Made by a program: the position numbers and the translations under genes. Below are positions 14,571-28,495 of a stretch of 64,000 nucleotides of DNA, in pieces. Every line of letters starts with the position of its first letter. Position 1 is the first letter of the stretch. The DNA is from Octopus vulgaris (lineage: Eukaryota): contig OX597827.1 in NCBI GenBank assembly GCA_951406725.2, positions 47,368,001 to 47,432,000 on the forward strand. The letters are read 5' to 3'. The notes below the pieces were generated by a model. It searched no databases and had not been told where the DNA came from. It was given only the letters and a program-made list of their open reading frames with translations.

Positions 14571-15972
14571 ATGTTTGTAAAAATGAGAAAATTCAGCTTC
14601 GATTTATTTTATCCAACAAAACATATTAATTATTTGTTAAGTCTAAAATTTTGCTAACATTCAGCACCCATTTTCTTATAGAGTTATTTAAAATCTGAAT
14701 TATACCTATAGAGTTAAAAATATGTATTGTTTTTAATTTTGTATGTTATCGAATGTTTTTAGTGGCCTCTGTCTTAAAATAATCTAGTTTTGAACTTTTG
14801 CATACAGAAATTTCAATTCAGTAATCTTAAAAATACATAAACATACTATTATTCTACATCTCTCTTACGTTTACAAGGATCTAGGCAGCGGAAATACTGA
14901 TGTGTGAATCTAGTGCCACCTACTGATTATAGATTTAAAAAGCTCATAACTCCGAATCTATTTCAACTAGGAAGCTAAAATTTCAGTTATGATATTTCTG
15001 GATTGCATTGAATCAGCACATCAAGTTTGGTAAAAACTTGAGCAGGCGATATAAGCCACTTTAGAATTGTGCATTCTTTGGGTCAAAAGTGGTGATTGAT
15101 TTTTAACTTTGGGGTTGACATTTTTTGCAAATATTCCATAAAAAATCTTAGCTACCTGACTAACCTAGAATTATTCATCGAATTACAGTACAGTGGTTGT
15201 AAAAATGTCATAACCTTAATGTATAAATACTCCTGTTTGCTGTGCGCATAAGCGATGTACATATATCAATATAATAATATAATTGCGTAATGGTTTAAAG
15301 GTGTCGGTAAAGTTTTTAAGTTGTAGGTACAGTTTAATATTTATTATTCAACATCTGGTCCCTGATTCAATTGAATCTTGAACTCATATATATATATATA
15401 TATAAGGAAAATAGAGAGTTTAAACCAACCTATGTTAATTTATTAACATAATATTAATAATATCAGTAGATGAATAATGATTTTAAGTATAACTATCAGA
15501 TTATATAATTTTATCTTAAACGCATTTAACAGAAAATGATTTAGTACATATACAAATAAATTTATCGTAAGATTTTTTCGTAATTTTACTTAATTGTTTA
15601 CCTACTTAAGAAGAGGTAGCTAGTTCTTTGTATTCGTTTTAAATCTTAGTAATAATACATGAATATAAATTTAGTGATTTTTTATTCATTATTATATTGA
15701 CGTAAACTTTTATATAAACACATTTGCCATAAGTTTATAACTATTAGATAACGTTTTTTAAAGATGTGTATAGATCATTTCTATCATGGATCATATCTAT
15801 CTTGCAATTCTACTGGGTTTTTTTTCCGAACGTATAGGTACATACACATAAATATAAACATATAAATTAACATGAGCTTATAGTTTATTTTCTTTAAAAT
15901 AGAAACAATAAACATAAGTAACTTTCGATTGAATAATTATATGTATGCATAAGTACAGATAATAATAAATAC

Positions 15973-16009
<37 letters not shown>

Positions 16010-16014
<5 letters not shown>

Positions 16015-16281
16015 CATTGCATGCCATCCGAGAGACACTGGGGTAAAATATACGAAGTCCAGTTACCCCTCATGACTACCCATCTGATAAGGGTACACCA
16101 GGCACAAGCATCACAACCATATGCGCGTGACATAGTGATCTCATTTCAAGTCAAACAACGCATGATCTTGCAGGTGGGGCCCTTCTTCATGTCGAGTAGC
16201 CATCCCTCTCAAAAGACAAAACAATGTACATGATAACACTTCGACTTAGTTAATATGAGGAGCCATGAAAGCCGCTACTTC
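16010..16281 (-). mobile_element. internally deleted copy of the element at 24409-24939
   Basis: GCATGCCATC..GACACTGGGGTAAAATATACGAAG..CTGATAAGGGTACACCAGGCAC..AGACAAAACAATGTACATGATA is shared with 24409-24939. Confidence 0.8.
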
Positions 16282-16282
<1 letters not shown>

Positions 16283-16336
<54 letters not shown>

Positions 16337-16350
16337 TAATAATAATAATA

Positions 16351-16432
<82 letters not shown>
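16283..16432. repeat. (AAT)n-(ATT)n head-to-head microsatellite
   Basis: Read directly; forms a palindrome at the truncated end of the LINE. Confidence 0.95.
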
Positions 16433-16434
<2 letters not shown>

Positions 16435-18558
16435 TTCTCTTTATGGGCTAGGTATCTCATTAAGCTCTTGAGTTTGATACACAAGCAATCTTCCACACTT
16501 ATCATTCCACTTCTTCCATTTGCTTTCTTCATGTAATGAGCAATCAGTGACTGCACGTGGACGATGGGCTCCATGCATCATTAGGAGCTTTCTTGACTTC
16601 CTCTCCATCTCCTTTAGCTCCTACGGTGTCCACTTCAGGATTCCAGCGCCATACCTAACTGTTGCGACTGCGCACGAGTTCATTGCCGAAATTATGTTTC
16701 TGGCATTCAACTTTGTAGTTAAAATTTTTCTCACTCATCGCAGGTACTCTTTTTTTGTCTTTTCCTTCATGTCGTGGTGTTTGATTCTGTCATATTCCCT
16801 GGTATTTATAGCTGCACTGAGGTTGAACTGCCTTCGTCATTTCACTACTTGGCAACCATATCCTCCTTTCCTGGCAAGTTTTCCTCGTCATCACATTGTA
16901 GCACATTTTGAGAGACCAAATTCCATCTTAATATCATTGGAGAAAATCCGCACAGACTGGACTAGGCTGTCCAGTTCTGTCTCGGTGTTTATGAATAGGC
17001 GCAGTAGTGGCTGTGTGGTAAGTAGCTTGCTAACCAACCACATGATTCTGGGTTCAGTCCCACTGCGTGGCATCTTGGGCAAGTGTCTTCTGCTATAGCC
17101 CCGGGCCGACCAATGCCTTGTGAGTGGATTTGGTAGACGGAAACTGAAAAAAGCCTGTCGTATATATGTATATATATATATATATATGTGTGTTTGTGTG
17201 TCTGTGTTCCCCTAGCATTGCTTGACAACCGATGCTGGTGTGTTTACGTCCCCGTCACTTAGCGGTTCGGCAAAAAGAGACCGATAGAATAAGTACTGGG
17301 TTTACAAAAAGAATAAATCCCGGGGTCGAGTTGCTCGACTAAAAGGCGGTGCTCCAGCATGGCCGCAGTCAAATGACTGAAACATGTAAAGGAGTAAAGG
17401 AGCTTCAGGTGGTCCTTGAATAGCAAGTGGTTTTCTTTCTCCTTACCTCTTCAATAATCATACTCCAACTTTGTTTTCTGTAGTATTTCATTCAAAGGGA
17501 TCATTCCCAGCACGAATATCTGTGGGGACACACTGTCTCCCTGGAAAGTTCTTCTCTTGATCTTCATCTCTCCTAGTACTTGCTTCCCTGCTGTCAATTA
17601 CGTTCTCTAGTATTTCATTATGTTCTATATAAAGCTTCTCATATTCTCTGCTACTCCATACATTTCCATTGTTTTATTATCAAGGAGTGTGGTATCATAT
17701 CATACGTTGCTACATTCAGCCCATGCTATGCCCAGGTTTCTGTTTTCTCACACAGTTCCTGATTATTAGATTTTCAATTAAGACTTTACACTTCGTTTCC
17801 CGGCTCCTTGTTCGGCACCCTTTCGGTTCAGTGGGTAGCAGCCCGCTTTTGTCCACAATGTTAAACAGCCAAAGCACCTGACATTAGATTCCACATTAGC
17901 GGAAGACATGTTATAGGTCTAAAGTTGGACGCAACATTTCCCTTTTGAGGATCCTTGGCACAAAACAATATCTTTTCCTTTGTCATCCAGCTGTGTACTG
18001 CGCCTTCCTGCAAGCACTCATCTAGCTGTTGCGCTATCCTTTCATGTATCCCACTCAGCTTTTCCATCGAACACCCTTGGATCATATCCGGGCCTGGGCT
18101 CTTCCAGTTTAGGAATTTTCTTAACTGCTCTTTTATCGTTTCTGTAGTTGTTTCTATGTCTTCTTGGACTTCTATATTTCTTAACATATCTTGGATTTCA
18201 TGCAACCACTCCGTTTCATCAGTATGCTCTACAGGTTGGTCGTAGATTCCTCTCCAGAACGCCTTGTTTTCCACTGCATTTGGTCATCTGGCATCATTGT
18301 TACATGTATTTGCCCATCTAGTTTCCGAAAAATATATATTTTTTCTTATTTACATCAAGCAATCTGTTTTGCCTGAACTGTCTTTTTCTATTGTCACACC
18401 TCTTCAGTTTGCTTTGATTGCTACTATCTTTTGTTTCAGTTTTTCGAATATCACATCATAACTTTTATCTGTTATTCTATATGTTTTTTTTTCAGCATTA
18501 TTCTTATCCTTACTTTCTGCGATTCAACCACTTCCCAATCTCTCAACTTGTCCTGCCT
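16433..18558 (-). mobile_element. R4/Dong-clade non-LTR retrotransposon, decayed RT region (copy 1), interrupted by a SINE
   Basis: ORF 17861-18274 contains NWKSPGPDMIQG...WMTKEKILFCAKDPQKGNVASNFRPITCLPLMW. A second fragment reads SVRIFSNDIKMEFGLSKCA. Colinear with copy 2. Confidence 0.85.
16998..17400 (+). mobile_element. tRNA-derived SINE family A, full length, nested in the LINE
   Basis: GGCGCAGTAGTGGCTGTGTGGTAAGTAGC...GGGTTCAGTCCC...CAGTCAAATGACTGAAAC; absent from LINE copy 2. Confidence 0.92.
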
Positions 18559-18810
18559 GAATCGTTAGCATGCCGGCCAAAATGCTTAGTGGCATTTCTT
18601 CCGTCCTTACAGTGTGTCCCCTCAGATATTCGTGCTGGGAATGATCCCCTTGAATGAAATACTACAGAAAACAAAGTTGGGGTTTGATTACGGAAATTTC
18701 GCCGAGATCAACTTTACTCTACAACCTTTCGGGGTTGATAAACTTAGAACTAGTGAAATATTTGGGGTCGATGGAATCGACTAGTCGTCCTCTCCCGAAA
18801 AATTTCAGTA
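18559..18810 (+). mobile_element. SINE family B, degenerate
   Basis: GAATCGTTAGCATGCCGG...GCCGAGATCAACTTT...CCTTTCGGGGTTGATAAA resembles 57704-57938. Confidence 0.65.
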
Positions 18811-19536
18811 GAAAGTATTATCATTATTATTGCTTTGGTTTGATCCTTACTACCGCACTCACTACTCCTATAGTCAAAATCCTTACCGGTACTACTACAA
18901 TCATTCGTACGACATTCATATAAGCTTTTACTCTCATTATTTACGGATATACCAATACTACCGATACACGTCCTCTTATTGTCAAAATTATTATTGTAAT
19001 TACTACCGTTGCCTTTATGGCCGTTAGCCTTAATTGGGTTTCTACCACCATTCCAATTTTCGCTATTATATTCGATGCACTTCAGAACTTCAGATATTAT
19101 TCGTATCCCCAAGTCGCCTAGCATTCATACTTTTATTATCAGTCCACTACTGAGGATATTATAATCATATTTATTATTATTCCCCTACTTTTTTTTATTT
19201 CCAATTTTGCCATTTCCCCTAATAGAATGCATGTTATTATGAATAATAGAATCCTTAGCATTAGTGCAACCAGCAGGCTTATTAATTTCCTGGGAATATT
19301 CGATACATTGCTTGATACATGGCTTGCCCGTTCTAGACAATGCAGAGCTATACTAGTGAGCATATACATTAAATATTGCTTTTACATGTACAAGGAATTG
19401 TATAGAAGTATCTGTATATGCAGGTATATGTATGGATGTGTTTGTGTATGACATATACACAAATATATTGAACACTGTTGTGTGACCTGATTGTTAAAAT
19501 ACCTAGATTCGAATCAATCTTTCAAATCATATATAT

Positions 19537-19636
<100 letters not shown>

Positions 19637-20424
19637 TATATACATGTGAGTGAATATATCTATGTGTGTGTACTGTGTGTGTCTGTATGTGTGTGTGTAG
19701 TCAAAAGATGAGAACCAGAGATTCTCAAGATCAAAAACGACTTACTAGGTCAGATTTTTATGTCTCCTTCCTGAAAATGAAGGCCGGATCTATCCAATGT
19801 TTATTTGATTCCCTCACTGGTGGCGTATTTCTTTGAACTACATCTGCCAACATTGTGAAGTATCTTCGAGCCGTCACAAAAAGCTGAAAACTTCAACCCA
19901 TTAATTTTCTGGCTTTTTAAAATCTAAGTTTGCTCCATTAATATATAAATGTCTATATATTTACACTTCAATATTCCTCGTCTGATAATTTTCAGTTTTG
20001 GGATTTCTCTCTATTTACATGAATACATGTATATATATATTTGCATATTATACCTGAGCAGTTTTAGTTGTTTATTTGCATCCTTACACTCTCTCTCTCT
20101 CCGCCTCTCTCGCCCCCACTCAGACTCTGTCCCTCCATCTCTTTCGTCCTTGCGACTGTTTGTTGCCACCTATGCAGCGTCTATTCAGAATACAATAGGA
20201 TGCAATTGTAAAATGGTTCTTTGGCTTTCTTATATTTCCACATTTTATTACATCAGTATATTGTATTTGAGCATCAAAATATACACACCGGAATGACTAT
20301 AAATATATGCGCCTGCTAATACTTTGCATCTGCCACATCCTCGCGTTGTTGTTTTCTTGTGTTTTCCTCGTTGTTTTGGATTATATATATATACGTATAT
20401 ATGTATATATATATGTATACATAT

Positions 20425-20552
<128 letters not shown>

Positions 20553-20575
20553 GTATATATATATGTATACATATG

Positions 20576-20612
<37 letters not shown>

Positions 20613-21489
20613 TGTGTGTCTGCATGTGTACATGCGTTGTAACGTTTATAGTATTCGTCATTTTCATCTCCTTGTTCTTGTTCTTGTTGATGTTGTTCTT
20701 CTTCTCTCCTTCCTCTTCTTCTTACTATTATTATTAAATTATGATTAGTAATGTATGATAATCATCACCGTTATTGTATCTTTTGATATTTTCTAGATTT
20801 TGTGGGACATTTATTTTAAATATCTCTCAAGCAAAATATTTTTTTTTTATACCTTATCACAACTTGTATATTTCCAAACATTTTTGCATATATATAAATG
20901 TACAAATACGAAAATTTGACGCAGCACATATATAATTCAAGCTTAAACGAATTGCTAAAATATGCCATTTAAAGCACATTTATGAATACAAATGTATCAA
21001 AATAATATTTGCAGAGAATATTTCTTCGAATCAACATAAGAAAACACAAATATTTAACAACGTTGGCAATTTATAGCTTTTATAACGTTTCATATTATTA
21101 TCTTACAAACATTACGGGTATCGTTATAGTTTTGTTGTCGTTCTTGTAGTTGTTGATAATTTTTGAATTATATATGGATTTTGGCAAAACATTTCTTACA
21201 GAAATATCACATAATTTTACAGAGGTAATTTACAATGAATTATTCGTTGCATAATGTAATGTAAGCACATTTAATATTACCTTTCTTAGTAGCATTTCTT
21301 CCGACTTTGCGTCCATAGTTCATATATAACCGGGGTCGGCTTCGTATTTCATCGTTTCGGAATTGATAAAAAAAGTATCAATTTAGGGCTGGGATCGATG
21401 TAATCGACTTGCCCTTACCCTCAAAAATGTTGTCTTCGTGGTAAATTTTGAAAACATTATTATATATTTCTTATTATTTCTATTTATCC

Positions 21490-24215
21490 CAGGTGTTATT
21501 GGATCTCCTGGAGTCTTACATGCATAGCGGGCATGCTACCTGCAGCCTACGGGTGTATGCTATCCATTCTTACCAGCTATCAAATATTTCCTGATTATTC
21601 AGGCCAATACCTTCTGATACTGTTCCCAAGGACCCAACAATAATTGGCACTATCTTCAGCTTCTTCATTTTCCATAGCCGGGATATTTCGTACTTAAGAG
21701 GGTTGTATCTATCTTTCTATCTTTTCGTTTTCCTTTTGAATATTCGTGGGTCAAAGAGGTATGCAGGATCACCTATATAGCATGTCATCTATATAGCATA
21801 TCATCTATATAGCATATGTGGTGCACTTTATCCACCACTAGGTTCAGTCTGCTATGCTCTAGCGCTTGATTTGTTTGGACTGGGAAATACCTGAGGATTT
21901 TGCTAGACTCCGACTCTGCTACTATCTGCAGTTTGTTGTTATACCACGTGTTGCCTCTTATATCACCCACATTCGCACAGTTTCCAATGCAGCACTTTCG
22001 CTCCTTGATCGTGTTGCCACAACTTGTATTGATTTTTGGGGAAATCTAGGGCATTCGTTCGTGATATGAGCAATGGCTTCATCCACTCTGTTGCAGATTC
22101 AACACAGCGGAGACTTTCCCTTTCCTAAGCTTGACCTTCCAGTTCGTGGCCAAAGCGTGGCCCTGCGCTGCCAGTATAGTGATTTCGGTCTCCTTTTTTA
22201 GGGTTCCTTTCATCAAGCAATCCTACCTATTTTTGTTCCAGCCACTTCTATTGTAGCTACATGGAATTGATTGTGTAGTCCCTCCTTGTGTAATTTTTCT
22301 TCATGTCCATTTTGTACTTCTTCCTTTGTTTTTCCCATTCTCTCTGCTTTCAATACACTCGTCTCTAACTGTCACAAGCAAGGTTTCCTTACTTTGGGCT
22401 AGGTATCTCATTAAGCTCTTGAGTTCGATACACACGCAGTCTTCCACCTCTTCTTTGGTTGCTCTCTTCATGCACGGGCGATTAGTGTCTGTACGTGGAA
22501 GATGGGATCTATGCATCGATAGGATCTTTATTGACTTCCTGACAATCTCCTTTAGCTACTCCGGTGTCCACTTCAGGTTTCCAGCCTCATACCGAACTAG
22601 TGCGACAGCGTGCGAGTTTATATCTTCTGGAATTTCGCTTTGAAGTTAATATTTTTCTCACTCACCGCAGGTACTCTCTTTTTATCATTTTCTTAAATGT
22701 CGTGGTGTTTGATGCCATTTGCCTCAAGTATTCCCAGGTATTTATAGCTGGATTGAGGTTGAATTTCCTTCATCATTTCACCACTTGAAAACCATATGCC
22801 TTCTCCCCTGGCAAGCTTTCTTCATCTCAGCGCCTTCGAGCACATTTTGAGAGTCTCAACTTCATCTTAATATCATTGGAGAAAATCCGCACATATTGGA
22901 CTAGGCTGTCCAGTTCTGTCTCGGCTTTTGTGAATAGCTTCAGGTGATCCATGAATAGCAAGTGGTTTACTTTTCCCTTACATCCTCCTAGATCATACCC
23001 CAATTTTGTTTTCTGTTTTATTTCACTCAAGCACGAATATCAGCACGATATACACCAGCACGAAGATTAGTGGGGACACACTGTCTACCTGGAAGATTGC
23101 TCTCTTGATTTTCACCTCTCCTAGTACTTGCTTCCCTATTGTCAATTCCGTTCTCCAGTATTTCATGCCATTCTGTATAAGGCTTCGCATATTCTCTGCT
23201 ATTCCATACAGTTCCATTGTTTTATTATCCAGGAGAATGGTATCATATAGTTTGCTTTGCGATAGTCAACCCATGCCAAACTCGGGTTTGTACGCCTTCT
23301 CTTGCAGTTCTTGATAATTATATCATCAATTAAATGTTGATCCTTCGTTCCCCGGTTGCCTTTTCAGCACCCTTTCTGTTAAATGGTTAGCAGGCCACTT
23401 TTTTTCCAAGTATCTGTACAGTTCACCGACTAAAGCGCCTGACATAAGTTTCCACATTAGAGGAAGGCATGCTATTGGTCTAAAGTTGGATGCAGCATTT
23501 CCCTTTTTACGATCCTTGGCACATAACAATATATTTTCCTTTGTCATCCGGCTGAGTACAGCGCTTTCATGCAAGCACCCATCTAGCTGTTGTGCTTCAC
23601 TTTATGAAGCCCTCTCAACTTCTTTATCAAATAGGTTGAACCCCATCCAGTCCTGTGTTCTTCCAAAATGGGAAATGCTATTAACTGATTTTAACAATTA
23701 TTTCTATAGTTATATTTATGTATTGGACTTCTATATTTCTTGACCTGTCTTAGATTTCATGCAACCACTCCGCGTCATCATTATGCTCTATAAGTTGGTG
23801 CAGAATACCTTCCTCTACCTCTGCTATCATTGTTACATGTATTTGTTCATCTAGTTCCTGAAACAGCTTCTGATTTGCTTCAAACAATCTGTTTTGCCTC
23901 AACTGTTTTTTATTCTGCTGTTATATCTCTCCAGTTTTGCTTTAATTGCTACTACTCTTTGTTCCAGCTCTTCCAATATCACATCATAACTTTATCTATT
24001 ATTCTATATGTTTTTTTTTCCTTAATTTATTCTCATGTTACTGTTCTGCAATTCCCCTCTTTTCAATCTATCAACTTCTCCTAAATATCTTTTTAACTTT
24101 GTTTCTCACAAATTCTTTGAAGCCAGTATGGTTCCTTTCTTTTGTATCCAATTCTATCTGCCGCAACCATAGCTGCAGCTCAAATAATCTTGTTAGTTTC
24201 AGTTATATATTGGCT
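21490..24215 (-). mobile_element. R4/Dong-clade non-LTR retrotransposon (copy 2): RT, zinc knuckle and restriction-like endonuclease, decayed and 5'-truncated
   Basis: Fragments read KGNAASNFRPIACLPLMWKLMSG, IFQVDSVSPLIFV and VNHLLFMDHLKLF (mutated YxDD motif). A LCxICN..EAIAHITNECP zinc knuckle follows. The C-terminus reads DPAYLFDPRI..YNPLKYEISRLWKMKKLKIVPIIVGSLGTV. Confidence 0.88.
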
Positions 24216-24408
24216 GCCACAGAAGTCAGAATCCAACGGTGGTCGAGCACGGGTCAATCATAGTAGATAGAGTAACGAACGCGAAAAACCGTTGACCTCG
24301 AATCGACAGAGAATTGTGTCTACAGCTGATATAATGATGATGATGATGATAATAATAATAATATTAATAATAATAATAATTGTTATTGTTGTTGTTGTTA
24401 TCATTATT

Positions 24409-24939
24409 GAGTGAGAGAGCAGTGCATGCCATCAAAGTGACACTGGGGTAAAATATACGAAGCCCAGTATACCCATCTTGACTACCCGTCTGATAAGGGT
24501 ACACCAGGCACATGCATCACAACCATACGTGCATGACATGGCGATCTCATATCAAGATAAACAGCGCATGACCTTGCACGTGGGGCTCAGTTAGAAATTT
24601 CTTCTGGTCGGGTAGCCCATCCAACTGAAAACGTTTCTGAATAAGGATTGTTTAAGGATGTAGTATGGATGAATTAGCCAAACATCTAAGAATTCCTTTC
24701 AAGACACAGGTATGAGGTTCCCCCACTACTTCGTCATCAGAGATGCACATATCGTCAGCCACTAAGGGACATGGTCAACTGGTTAAGGTAAAATAACTGA
24801 CAGCCAAATCTGTGGTATTGAACAGAATATTTGCTGTCGCCCATCTTTTATACCAAGACAAAACAATGTACATGATAGCAATTCCAATCAGTTAAGATCA
24901 GAAGCCATGAGAGCCACTGTCTGGTACTGCATCAGGGCA
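24409..24939 (-). mobile_element. non-autonomous retroposon with (AAT)n-type tail
   Basis: About 530 bp, non-coding, second copy at 16010. The minus-strand 3' end runs into an AAT/AAC tract. Flanked by long direct repeats. Confidence 0.75.
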
Positions 24940-24992
24940 GTGATCGCAAAAAACAGCGACCTCGCATCGACAGAGAATTGTGTCTACAGCTA

Positions 24993-25050
<58 letters not shown>

Positions 25051-25144
25051 TGTTATTGTTGTTGTTATAATTATTATTATTAGTTTATGATTTGACTCAG
25101 GTTCAATTATATTCCTGGTAAATTTATGTGGTAGTGTGTTACTA

Positions 25145-25530
25145 TCTGTAACCTTAGGTATCCACAGTTTTTCAATATTTCAAGAGCTCAAAACTCTCTT
25201 GTTAATCTGTCCTGTATCTAAGAGGAAAACTTTCTGTTGAAGCTCTAAAGGACATTCTATTACAACATCTTCCAACTAGTTTCTATATCTTTACTCAACG
25301 TCCTCAATGCACCAATTATTACAGGCACCATCTTTACAGTTGTCGTACTCCAATTTCTCGCAATTTTGAATTTTAAGGGATTGTATTTTAAAAAACATTT
25401 CGCCCTCTTTCTTTACAATCCTGGAATCAAACGGACATGATGAATTAATTAGTAACCAAATTCGCTTTTCTTTCTCTATTATTGTTATGACTGGTTTATT
25501 ATTTTCTAGCTTCTTATCCGTATTTTTTAT
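25145..25530 (-). mobile_element. R4/Dong restriction-like endonuclease 3' fragment
   Basis: Minus strand reads SSCPFDSRIVKKEGE..YNPLKFKIARNWSTTTVKMVPVIIGALRTL..LQQKVFLLDTG, next to a (TAA)n tract. Confidence 0.75.
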
Positions 25531-27241
25531 TCATCGGGAATGTATTTTTTTTAAAAAATCAACAGCGAGCTGGCAGAAACGTTAACGCGCCGCGCGATAT
25601 GCTTGTCGGCATTTCGTCTGGTAGCTTGCTTACTTCCGGTTACCCAGAATGCAACACTAGTTGTTCTGGAGCGTTACAGTGAGAAGAGGCGAACTTTGGC
25701 TCCATGAATAGAAAAAAAGAACAAAAAGAAAAATGGTCAATTATGGCTCGCTCTAGCGAGCAAAAATATTCTTAATTGGTGTGGCGTATCTCGCTAGAGA
25801 AGGTGGAGTGTACCTAACTGGAGTACTTCAAGAAGAACCCCGACTATTGGATTACTTGTTGGAGTATTATACGAAGGATTCCCCGTCTGTTTAATTTGTG
25901 AGGTTTTCTGTTAATTTTTCCCTTCTTCCATTTTTTCTTTCTAAATTTTGGTTAATTATTTTCATTATTTCAGTTTCCTTTCCTTTTGGGTTGAAGAGGC
26001 TGAAGCCTTCTCCACCACATCCGGGTAGGGAGGTGACATCCAGTGACTGTTCCAGGACATTACCATTGTCCTGGGACAGTTCTTTTTAATTTGGCCTGGC
26101 TACAGGCACGATTGACACTTGGGGGGACGTCCCTTAAGTATCACCGGATACCTGCAGCCAGCCATTTAAAAAAAAAATTGGGAGAAAGCAGATCTGTTGT
26201 AGCCGATGGGGTCCACAGGGTCAAAATCGCTTTTGACCTTTCCCAATCGACCGCCGGCACTGCTCCTTCATTTAAGAGCCTGGGCCCGCAATCACCCAGT
26301 CCCCGTTGGTTGGTATCTGTAATCTAACCTGCTTCGGTTCCCGGGGGGCAAACCCACATACCCAGGCTCTTAATTTCCTCCCGCATTACGACGGGAGGAA
26401 CAGAATTTCGAGGCCATCAGCTCTAGCTAGCTATGTTTTACACGAACCTGTGTACATTATAACCTTCGCACAGGGGAGGTCAGCCGCTTCCTCTTGCTGG
26501 TCAGGCATCTGCAGAATAGTTTGATGGTATTTGCCTCTTATCAATGCAGAGCAGCCGAACCCAGCAGGCGTCGCTACTGACCGTCTGCTCGAAGGATTAT
26601 TTACCTAAATTCAGTGAAATACATCCCTGTGCGAAGGTTATAATTGACACAGGTTCGTGTGTCACATATGTAGTTAGAGGCGATGGCCTCTTGGAGCTAA
26701 TCAACGGCAGCATTCGTCATATATTTCTGGACTGCCATATTAGCTTGGCGATAACTATTAATATGTTAGAGTATTGTTGCTTCTTAAATAATTTATAGAA
26801 ACATTTCAAATAAACGACGACCACATTAAAATATTTTGAAGCCAACTAACAGAAATGAACATTATATTAACAATAGGAATTAATATATCATGTATACATA
26901 CATACATACATTTATATATTTGTGTGTGTGTGTGTGCTAGTGTGTATATATTTATATCTACGGGCGTATTTTGTGTGCATATATGCATCTAAATATATAG
27001 AAAAACATTAAACAGACTTGAAAAATTACAATTATTAGATTGAAATATGAATAATACATATCGCTTGCCTAAAATTTCAAGTAAAAATTAATTTAAAAGG
27101 AATATAAAATGCTAGTGAAGAAGGTTGTTCGTTGCTGTAGCGCATACGATTGGGAAAAATGAAGGAAAGCATGAAGAGAATAGAGGGAGAGGAGGTATTT
27201 ATTAGAATTCGAAAGAATCTAATGCAAAATCGGTAGAGACA

Positions 27242-27295
<54 letters not shown>

Positions 27296-27299
27296 GCAC

Positions 27300-27341
<42 letters not shown>

Positions 27342-27756
27342 ATACATATATGGTTGTGTGTGTGTGTATGGATGTGCATGTGTAGGAAGAAGAAAGAAAG
27401 CAGGAGAAGAGGAAAGAAATAGGTGATGGGGATAATGAAGGAGTTGTGAAAGTTTTCAGAATGTAGGGGAACTAGATTGTAATTAGAAGTCGAAGCAGTA
27501 AAAATGAAGTGGGAAGATGGAGAATTATATGACAAGGAAGGTGTGAAATTAGGTTATACAGGCACCATATTGAGTAAGAAATAGCGATAGCATTAGATGA
27601 GTTTCGAGGAAGAGAAAGACAATGGGAATTCAGCCAAGAAGTGCAAACGCGCGTCTGTATGGAGAGTGTGTGTGTGTGTTTATGTGCCTGCGAGATAGAC
27701 AAATAAAAAGGGACAGAAAGATAGAGAGAAGAAGAGGAAGAAGAAAAAGAAGAAAA

Positions 27757-27796
<40 letters not shown>

Positions 27797-27950
27797 CTGG
27801 CACTACGTGTATTATTTATTTAAAATGTTAAAAATCAATATTTGTAAGAAAGATCATTTAAAACTTTTTGTATAGAAATATGAACTGCATAATAATCAAT
27901 GGAAATTTTAGAGCACCTCCAACGTTATTAAAATCTCTCTTCTCTCTATC

Positions 27951-28021
<71 letters not shown>

Positions 28022-28161
28022 TGTAGTTTATATTATCAAACAAGAATGCTGTTAACAGTTTCGGCCAGCTAACCCATCGTCCACAGTCACTGTCAAACAA
28101 CATTCTTGAATAAGAATAATAAAGTAACCTATCAGATTCATGTGAAATTGTTTTTATTATA

Positions 28162-28204
<43 letters not shown>

Positions 28205-28205
<1 letters not shown>

Positions 28206-28342
28206 TACATTATTTACATTATTTACATTTGACGGATATTTGTTCTGATCTTGTTTGTTGTTAACAATATTTCGGCTGCGTTGGGGAAATTTCGAACCTG
28301 GGTTCTCATTCCTAAGGTATTTTCGATGTTGCTGTTATGATG

Positions 28343-28401
<59 letters not shown>

Positions 28402-28495
28402 TATTATTATTATTATTATTCAGATCGCTGCCTGCAATCGAACTCGGAATTGGGGTTAGTAGCCCGCGCTCTTAATCACTACGCCATATGCCTGT
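28205..28495 (-). mobile_element. tRNA-headed SINE with internal (AAT)n/(ATT)n tract
   Basis: Minus-strand head GGCATATGGCGTAGTGATTAAGAGCGCGGGCTACTAACCCC..GAGTTCGATT has A and B boxes. Confidence 0.7.
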
